Shown: positions 7,325-13,021 of the stretch, piece by piece | Numbering within the stretch: the first letter of the stretch is position 1 | Layout of the letters: each line of letters starts with the position of its first letter | From: Candidatus Micrarchaeaceae archaeon | GTDB taxonomy: Archaea; Micrarchaeota; Micrarchaeia; Micrarchaeales; CABMGC01 | Reading direction: 5' to 3' | Assembly: GCA_038877255.1 (NCBI GenBank) | Contig: JAVYWZ010000019.1 | Span: forward strand, 1-13,021 | DNA: 13,021 nucleotides | The notes under the pieces: generated by a model | The model's input: the letters and a program-made list of their open reading frames with translations, nothing else | Told to the model about the DNA's origin: nothing | Database searches by the model: none | Made by a program: the position numbers and the translations under genes

Positions 7325-8629
7325 ATGAAGCGCTTATATGCTGCTGATGCTGCGAAGAGCGTAGGCAAGGAAATCGCCATTTCAGGCTGGGTCTACAGGA
7401 AGCGCGAAAGCGGCGGAATAATATTTGTAATAGCAAGGGACAGAACAGGCATAATACAGATAGCAGTAAAGCACGGAGATGTTGACGAGAAATCATGGAA
7501 TGCTGCACAAAACACTGCAATAGAATCAAGCATAAAGGCAGAGGGCATTGCAAAGGAGGAACAGCGAGCGCCTGGCGGCGTTGAAATATCTGCAAGAAAA
7601 TTTGAGAATGTGCAGATTGCAGAGCCTTTTCCAATAACAGAGTACCAGAGCCCTGAGCTGCTTCTAGACAAAAGGCATCTGTGGCTTAGAAGCGTAAGAA
7701 TGACTAACATACTTAAGGCAAGGTCTCTTGTATTCAGATATGCAAGGGAATACCTTGACAAACAGGGCTTCTATGAAGTCACGCCTCCACTAATAACGCT
7801 TGCAGGCGGCGAAACAGGCGCTGACCTGTTTGAAGTGAATTACTTTGGCCAAAAGGCATACCTTACAGAGTCTTCGCAGCTTTATGTAGAGGCGCTTATA
7901 TTCGCGCTCGAAAAGGTGTACTCATTTGCTCCTTCGTACAGGGCCGAGAAGTCTAGAACTACTAAGCACCTTGCTGAATACTGGCACCTTGAGCCAGAGA
8001 TGGCTTTCTTTGACATAAACAAGAGTATGAGGCTCCAGGAAAGGCTTGTAAGCCATATTGCGAACAGGCTTGCTGAAAATACTGACATTCTAAAAGCGCT
8101 TAGCGTTGATCCAGAGTATCTGAAAAGCATAAAGCCTCCTTTCAAGCGCCTGACATATGAACAGGCAATAGAAAAGATAAACAAAGAAGGAGGAAACCTC
8201 AAGTGGGGCGATGACTTTGGTGTTCCTGAAGAGAAGATGCTTACGCATGATGAGCAGAAGCCGATCTTTGTAACAGATTGGCCGCGCGAACTCAAGGCGT
8301 TTTACGCAAGCCCAAATCAAAAAGATCCGAGAACCGTGCTCTCAGATGATATGCAAGCGCCAAATGGGCATGGTGAAGTGATAGGAGGCACAGTACGTGT
8401 ATGGCGCTATGATGAACTAATGCAGCGCATACACGAATTCGAAAAAGCAAAAAATGTGAAGTTCAATCTTGAGAATTACGATTGGTGGGTAGACTTGAGA
8501 AAGTATGGTTCTGTGCCACATGCAGGCTTCGGCATGGGCATTGAACGACTGCTGAAGTGGCTTCTTAATCTTGATCACATACGCGACGCGATACCTTTCC
8601 CTAGGCTAATAAACAGGCTAAAGCCGTAG
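7325..8629 (+). CDS. asnS: Asparaginyl-tRNA synthetase (class IIb)
   Basis: N-terminal OB fold (GWVYRKR...RDRTG), RHLWLRS, motif 2 YRAEKSRTTKHLAEYWHLEPEMAF, motif 3 YGSVPHAGFGMGIERL. These fit AsnRS better than AspRS. Confidence 0.9.
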   Translation: MKRLYAADAAKSVGKEIAISGWVYRKRESGGIIFVIARDRTGIIQIAVKHGDVDEKSWNAAQNTAIESSIKAEGIAKEEQRAPGGVEISARKFENVQIAEPFPITEYQSPELLLDKRHLWLRSVRMTNILKARSLVFRYAREYLDKQGFYEVTPPLITLAGGETGADLFEVNYFGQKAYLTESSQLYVEALIFALEKVYSFAPSYRAEKSRTTKHLAEYWHLEPEMAFFDINKSMRLQERLVSHIANRLAENTDILKALSVDPEYLKSIKPPFKRLTYEQAIEKINKEGGNLKWGDDFGVPEEKMLTHDEQKPIFVTDWPRELKAFYASPNQKDPRTVLSDDMQAPNGHGEVIGGTVRVWRYDELMQRIHEFEKAKNVKFNLENYDWWVDLRKYGSVPHAGFGMGIERLLKWLLNLDHIRDAIPFPRLINRLKP

Positions 8630-8641
8630 CAACGTGCTTGA

Positions 8642-10801
8642 TTACCTGTACATTGTGTTTGGCTCTTCCTTGAAGCGCTTTATGCGCTCGCTGACTTCTT
8701 TAGGCACTGCCGGCTTTATATCTGCAAGTGCTCTTGTAAAGTCGTCCTTCTTTACTATCACTCTTTTCTCCCTTATAGCGTACATGCCAGCTTCGCGCAC
8801 AACATTCTCCAGCTCTGCTCCAGTATAGTTCTCTGTCATGTTTGCTATTTCGACCAAATCGACATCTTTGTCAAGATCCATGCGTTTTGTATGTACTTTC
8901 AATATAGCAAGCCTCGCCTCTACACTTGGCATTGGTATTTCTATGATTTTGTCGAACCTGCCAGGCCTTAGCAGCGCAGGGTCTATATCCTCTGGCCTGT
9001 TTGTAGCAGCGAGCACAACTACATTTTTTAGATCTTGCATGCCATCCATTTCAGTCAGCAAAGTATCAACAAGCTCTGCTCTATATGCATATTCGATGTC
9101 TTCGCCACGTGCCCTCGCTATGGCATCTATTTCGTCTATAAATATGATGCATGGCGCTGCCATGCGCGCCTTCCTAAATAGCTCGCGCACAGTCTTCTCG
9201 CTCTCGCCTAGGTATTTGCTCAGCACCTCTGGGCCTTTTATCGAGATGAAGTTTGCCTCGCGCTCTGTTGCAACCGCCTTTGCAAGAAGCGTTTTGCCTG
9301 TGCCTGGCGCACCTACAAGGAGTATGCCTTGTATGGGCCTTATCCCTACTTTTTCAAATGCCTCTGGTTCCTTGAGCGGCAGCTCAACTGCCTCTTTTAT
9401 TTCGTTCTTTACCTTCTCGAGGTCGCCTATATCATCCCAGTGCACATTAGGCCTCTCGATAAAAACCTCACGAAGAGCTGTTGGTCTTATGCTCTTCAGC
9501 GCCTCGAAGAAGTTATCCCTGTTGACTGAAAGGTTTAGAAGTATGTCATCAGGTATGCGTTGCTTGCCAACGATCTTGGGCCAGACGCTGCGAAGCGTAG
9601 AGAGCGCTGCTTCTTTGACAAGAGCCTGCAGATCGGCGCCCGTATAGCCGTGTGTAATATTGGCAAGCTCATCTATGCTTACGTCCTTTGCTAGCGGCAT
9701 GTTGCGCGTGTGTATAAGCAGAATGTCCTTGCGCGCAGTCCTGTCAGGAACTCCTATCTCTATCTCCCTGTCAAACCTGCCAGGTCTTCTCAACGCAGGG
9801 TCTATTGCATCTGGCCTGTTTGTAGCAGCGAGCACTATTACATGGCCTCTTGCTGGCATGCCGTCAAGCAGCGCAAGCAGCTGCGAGACCATGCGCCGCT
9901 CTACTTCGTTTGTAGCTTCTTCGCGCTTTGGCGCGATTGCGTCTATCTCGTCAAAAAATATTATAGAAGGAGCTTTCTCATTGGCTTCCTTGAATATTTC
10001 TCTTAGCTTCTCTTCGCTCTCGCCTACAAACTTGCTTACAAGCTCAGGCCCCGAAATGGTTATGAAATGAGCGTCGCTTTCTGTTGCAACCGCCTTTGCA
10101 AGAAGCGTTTTGCCCGTGCCTGGCGGCCCGTAAAGCAGCACGCCCTTTGGCGGGTCTATGCCGAGTCTTTCAAATAGCTCAGGATAGCGTATAGGGTATT
10201 CCACCATCTCGCGTATTCTCTGTATCTCATTCTTAAGTCCGCCTATGTCTTCATAATGAACGTTGTTGACACGCACCTCTGCCTCTGAAACAGGTTCCTC
10301 TCTTACGTTAACTACAGTATCTTTTGTAACAACGATAATTTCATGCGGCACTGTTTGCACAACTATGAAGTTGAAAACCAGACCAAACATTGAAATTGGT
10401 ATTATGTCGCCGCGCGAGAGAGGCCTGCCTTCGAGGCGCCTCTTTGCATACTCTGGAAATTCAGGCAACACTGGCGGCTTTTGGCCTACTGGCGGAGCTA
10501 TCGTTATGCGCTCAGCAGTAGCCACTTTGGCCTTTGAGACAAAGACCTTGTCATCTATGCCTACGCCTATGTTCTGCCTTATATAGCCGTCGATGCGAAT
10601 GTAGCCAAGATCCTCATCGCTAGGGTGTGCCTGCCAAACTATTGCTGCGGTAGATTTTGACTTACCCTTTATTTCGACAACATCGTATGGCTCCACATCA
10701 AGCAACGCCCTTGTCTTGGCATCAAGCCTAGCAATGCCTCTGCCAGTATCGGTTATTAAGGCGTCTTTCACTACGAGCTCAACTCCGTTTGTCATATACA
10801 C
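8642..10801 (-). CDS. cdc48: CDC48/VAT family AAA+ ATPase
   Basis: N-domain plus two AAA modules ([14 protein letters not shown] and [14 protein letters not shown], each with RPGRFD); C-terminal HbYX-type tail MYR. ATG 10795 is an alternative start. Confidence 0.97.
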   Translation of the reverse strand: MYMTNGVELVVKDALITDTGRGIARLDAKTRALLDVEPYDVVEIKGKSKSTAAIVWQAHPSDEDLGYIRIDGYIRQNIGVGIDDKVFVSKAKVATAERITIAPPVGQKPPVLPEFPEYAKRRLEGRPLSRGDIIPISMFGLVFNFIVVQTVPHEIIVVTKDTVVNVREEPVSEAEVRVNNVHYEDIGGLKNEIQRIREMVEYPIRYPELFERLGIDPPKGVLLYGPPGTGKTLLAKAVATESDAHFITISGPELVSKFVGESEEKLREIFKEANEKAPSIIFFDEIDAIAPKREEATNEVERRMVSQLLALLDGMPARGHVIVLAATNRPDAIDPALRRPGRFDREIEIGVPDRTARKDILLIHTRNMPLAKDVSIDELANITHGYTGADLQALVKEAALSTLRSVWPKIVGKQRIPDDILLNLSVNRDNFFEALKSIRPTALREVFIERPNVHWDDIGDLEKVKNEIKEAVELPLKEPEAFEKVGIRPIQGILLVGAPGTGKTLLAKAVATEREANFISIKGPEVLSKYLGESEKTVRELFRKARMAAPCIIFIDEIDAIARARGEDIEYAYRAELVDTLLTEMDGMQDLKNVVVLAATNRPEDIDPALLRPGRFDKIIEIPMPSVEARLAILKVHTKRMDLDKDVDLVEIANMTENYTGAELENVVREAGMYAIREKRVIVKKDDFTRALADIKPAVPKEVSERIKRFKEEPNTMYR

Positions 10802-10857
10802 ATCTCAAGCATTTTATTGGCAGTAATATTTAATTAGCAATAATAAATATATTATTG

Positions 10858-11625
10858 TTAAGCAAGCTTTCGCTTTCTACCAAGCAGCTTATTGTTGAAC
10901 AATTCTCTGTAACCATCGATTGTGCCTATATCAAACCATTCTCCTGATTTTGGCACTATCGCATAAACGTCAGTTTTGTTCTTGAGCCAGTATATAAAAT
11001 CTCCTATATTGTCTGTGGAAGACGCCAATGAAACATATTCGCTAACCATGCCAAGGTAGCTCTTTGGAATGAAGTATATACCTGTACTTACTATGGATGA
11101 ATTTGGTTCAGCAGGCTTTTCGTAGAACTCTTTTATAACACCATTGCTTGATGCATTTATTACTCCAAAACGCTTAGCATGTTCTTTTGACTTTATGTCA
11201 TATGCAATTATGCATGGAGCATGATTATTGAGCATCTCGCTGATAAGCGCGCCCATATCGAACGTGTAGAAGTTGTCGCCGGCTACCACGAGCATATCAT
11301 CGCAAATGTTTGCTTTCTCTATGGCATATGCTATGCCCCTAACCGCACCGAACTTATTCTCGTTGTTAGTTGAAGGCTCGACAACAAGACTTACATTTTT
11401 GCTAAGCCCTGCACGCTGCCTTAGCTTAAGCCAGTACTTGAACTGCCCTTCAAACTTTTTGTTTGTAGAGATTATTATATTCTTGATTACGCTTCTTTTC
11501 TCTAGGCCTTCGAGTATGTAGTCGATTAGCGGAACGCCATTAACAGTAAGCAGGGCTTTTGGTACAAACTCACCTATGGGCTCAAGCCTCTTAGCAAATC
11601 CTCCGCAAAGCACAAGCGCATCCAT
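10858..11625 (-). CDS. Sugar-phosphate nucleotidyltransferase (NTP_transferase family)
   Basis: LCGGFAKRL...PKALL, VAGDN, EFYEKP, STGIY, WFDIGT. Start set at ATG 11625 (MDALVL) rather than TTG 11646. Substrate cannot be determined from the sequence. Confidence 0.88.
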   Translation of the reverse strand: MDALVLCGGFAKRLEPIGEFVPKALLTVNGVPLIDYILEGLEKRSVIKNIIISTNKKFEGQFKYWLKLRQRAGLSKNVSLVVEPSTNNENKFGAVRGIAYAIEKANICDDMLVVAGDNFYTFDMGALISEMLNNHAPCIIAYDIKSKEHAKRFGVINASSNGVIKEFYEKPAEPNSSIVSTGIYFIPKSYLGMVSEYVSLASSTDNIGDFIYWLKNKTDVYAIVPKSGEWFDIGTIDGYRELFNNKLLGRKRKLA

Positions 11626-11685
11626 AAATTTGTTAGTTAGCAACAATTTTTTAACAGTTTCTGAAGATTTCGCTTACTTTCAGTG

Positions 11686-12339
11686 TCATGCGTATTTAAG
11701 CGCAAGCCCTATTACTGCGAAGAGCACTATTGCTTCCATAACTGCATAGAGCGCAGCAGCGCTAGAAGCGTGCTGTTGCGAAGGCACAGTCGAAGGAACA
11801 GTAGTCGTTATTTGTATGCTTGTTGTAGCGCTTGTTGTCGCACTTGTTGTGGCGCTTGTCGTCTTGTTTGTACTGTTACTTACAGCTATAGTTGTAGTGC
11901 TAGTTGCGATAGAAGGCTTAAGCACAGTTAGCGAGAAAGTCGTTATAGGAGACGGATCGTCTCCGCTTGCCTGCATGTTAATGGGGTATGTGCCGGGCAG
12001 CGTGCTGCTGCTTGTAGAAATGGTAAGCACACCGGCATATGTGGGATCGCCGTATGAGTTTGAGAAACTTGTACTTATGTTTTTAGAATAAAGCAGCGAA
12101 GAATTGACAACTTGTATGCTTGTGCCCCACGTGCTCCCAGTTGCGAGCGAAACAGTATATGATACATGAACAGACCCGCCTGGAGCAACAGTTGCATTGC
12201 TAACATTAAGCAGTATGGAAGAGGTGCCTATGCTCGCATATGCAACACCCTGCATAAAAGGCAACGCAAGCAGCACTATCGATAGCAGAGTTGCTACTTC
12301 GGTTTTGGTCACTAAACCACCACATCTTTTCTTACCCAT
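11686..12339 (-). CDS. Putative cell-surface glycoprotein: signal peptide, beta-rich domain, Ser/Thr linker, C-terminal TM anchor
   Basis: Hydrophobic N-terminus ending VAYA; several N-x-S/T sequons; TTSA repeats; hydrophobic C-terminal helix. Confidence 0.8.
   Translation of the reverse strand: MGKKRCGGLVTKTEVATLLSIVLLALPFMQGVAYASIGTSSILLNVSNATVAPGGSVHVSYTVSLATGSTWGTSIQVVNSSLLYSKNISTSFSNSYGDPTYAGVLTISTSSSTLPGTYPINMQASGDDPSPITTFSLTVLKPSIATSTTTIAVSNSTNKTTSATTSATTSATTSIQITTTVPSTVPSQQHASSAAALYAVMEAIVLFAVIGLALKYA
11817..11862 (-). repeat. Imperfect 12-bp tandem repeat encoding (TTSA)n
   Basis: Plus strand reads gcttgttgtagc gcttgttgtcgc acttgttgtggc gcttgtcgtc. Confidence 0.8.
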
Positions 12340-12511
12340 GCTTACCTAGGCTTATGTCTACCCAAAGCCAGATAAGATCGGCTATGAATATCAATGCGCC
12401 TAGCCCTACCCACAGTGCACTGAAGTAGCTCGTGTAAATCCAATAAATATCGGCAAGACCTATTATTATGCCCATCAAAATTGATATTTTAGGCTTTATT
12501 CCCAGTACCAT
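12332..12511 (-). CDS. Small two-TM membrane protein (59 aa), hypothetical
   Basis: Absent from the ORF track. Manual translation: MVLGIKPKISILMGIIIGLADIYWIYTSYFSALWVGLGALIFIADLIWLWVDISLGKHG. TTTATAAA box at 12543-12550. Its 3' end overlaps the start of the next gene by 8 nt. Confidence 0.8.
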   Translation of the reverse strand: MVLGIKPKISILMGIIIGLADIYWIYTSYFSALWVGLGALIFIADLIWLWVDISLGKHG

Positions 12512-12708
12512 GCAAACATATTATTTGTTGTAGCTGAAAGTTTTTATAAACTCCTAAAGTTTCGATTTTAGCACCGCAAGCGCTCTATCAAGAGGTTGAC
12601 TTGAATTTTGGCAGGGACTTTCAGAGCTCAAAGAATAAAAAGTAGGCAAAACAAAAAAGAACTGGTATGTGCTTACTAGGGAATAGAGGAACGGTGGAGA
12701 AAAAGAAA

Positions 12709-12877
12709 GTGAACTGCCCCGCCCTTACGGACTGGGCTTCCGCCACATCCGCAACTTTGGAGCTTCTCGCTTCAACGGCAATGCTTGCTTTCACATGCGG
12801 AATACTTTTTATGTATTCGAGCATGCTACTTGCAGAGGCATAATCCTCCACGAGCGTCTCTCCTAGGTTCCTTAGGC
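12709..12877 (-). ncRNA. TnpB omegaRNA (reRNA) scaffold; the guide would be the flank at about 12690-12708
   Basis: 5' hairpin CCUA-AGGAACC-UAGG, then GACGCUCGUGGAG ... UUGAAGCGAGAAG (a variant of the common ACGCCUGUGGAG...GAAGCAGGAA), a long central stem, and a terminal GNRA hairpin ending UUCAC. Confidence 0.75.
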
Positions 12878-12892
12878 AAAGCCCTTCTTGCT

Positions 12893-13021
12893 TTATCTTA
12901 TTTTTCCTGTTTTCTTCCCTTTTTCATTCAGCATTTGAAGAGTTTTGATGTTGCTCTGCAGCCTTTTTATCAGGTATTGTTTCATCTGTGATGACAATAC
13001 ACTCAGTTCTCTTTCTTCGTG
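12893..13021 (-). pseudogene. tnpB: Truncated TnpB, end of the N-terminal region; stops before the remaining WED, RuvC and zinc-finger regions
   Basis: Manual translation: ...HEERELSVLSSQMKQYLIKRLQSNIKTLQMLNEKGKKTGKIR*. It resembles the TnpB segment 'EL..v.SQ.lQ..l.rL...l..l....kkG.k.Gk.RfK' and lies 16 nt from the omegaRNA. Confidence 0.75.

Larger units (their letters stand above)
12709..13021 (-). mobile_element. IS200/IS605-family element, right part, internally deleted (continues beyond the window)
   Basis: Right-end hairpin and terminus GAAGCCCAGTCC-GTAA-GGGCGGGGCAGTTCAC, preceded by tnpB-3'-type sequence and a TnpB N-terminal fragment. Confidence 0.85.

Noticed and set aside
8838..10586. 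Long plus-strand ORFs (269, 136 and 107 aa) inside cdc48, and similar shadow ORFs over asnS, the protease, EndoQ and nth
   Set aside because: Antisense or alternate-frame shadows of well-supported genes.
12621..12851. 76-aa minus-strand ORF (VEDYASA...AQSVRAGQFT)
   Set aside because: This is the residual tnpB C-terminal tail frame running through the omegaRNA and out of the element, not an independent gene.
1..13021. CRISPR array, tRNA or rRNA genes
   Set aside because: No regularly spaced direct repeats, cloverleaf with a T-loop motif, or rRNA-like sequence was found by eye.

Overview
Archaeal chromosomal segment. The class III signal-peptide style, Alba, CDC48 and TATA boxes close to start codons suggest DPANN/Micrarchaeota, but this is an inference. 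Most of it is housekeeping: a partial pilin-like gene, a UbiA/DGGGP-synthase-like prenyltransferase, a membrane-anchored S16 (Lon-C) Ser-Lys protease, EndoQ-family PHP nuclease, endonuclease III, an adenosine-specific-kinase-family protein, a CBS protein, Alba, AsnRS, CDC48/VAT, a sugar-phosphate nucleotidyltransferase, an S/T-rich surface protein, and a 59-aa two-helix membrane protein missing from the ORF track. Three signals are not explained by the gene calls. (1) At the right edge, an IS200/IS605 remnant has a TnpB frame that stops after its N-terminal lobe, directly followed by an apparently well-preserved omegaRNA and right end. (2) The roughly 280-bp gap between the convergent prenyltransferase and protease genes is tiled with minus-strand helices, GNRA loops and a canonical kink-turn, and is a candidate unannotated ncRNA. 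(3) The D1 and D2 domains of cdc48 share near-identical nucleotide blocks. All RNA structures were paired by eye and family calls come from motif recognition; no searches were run.
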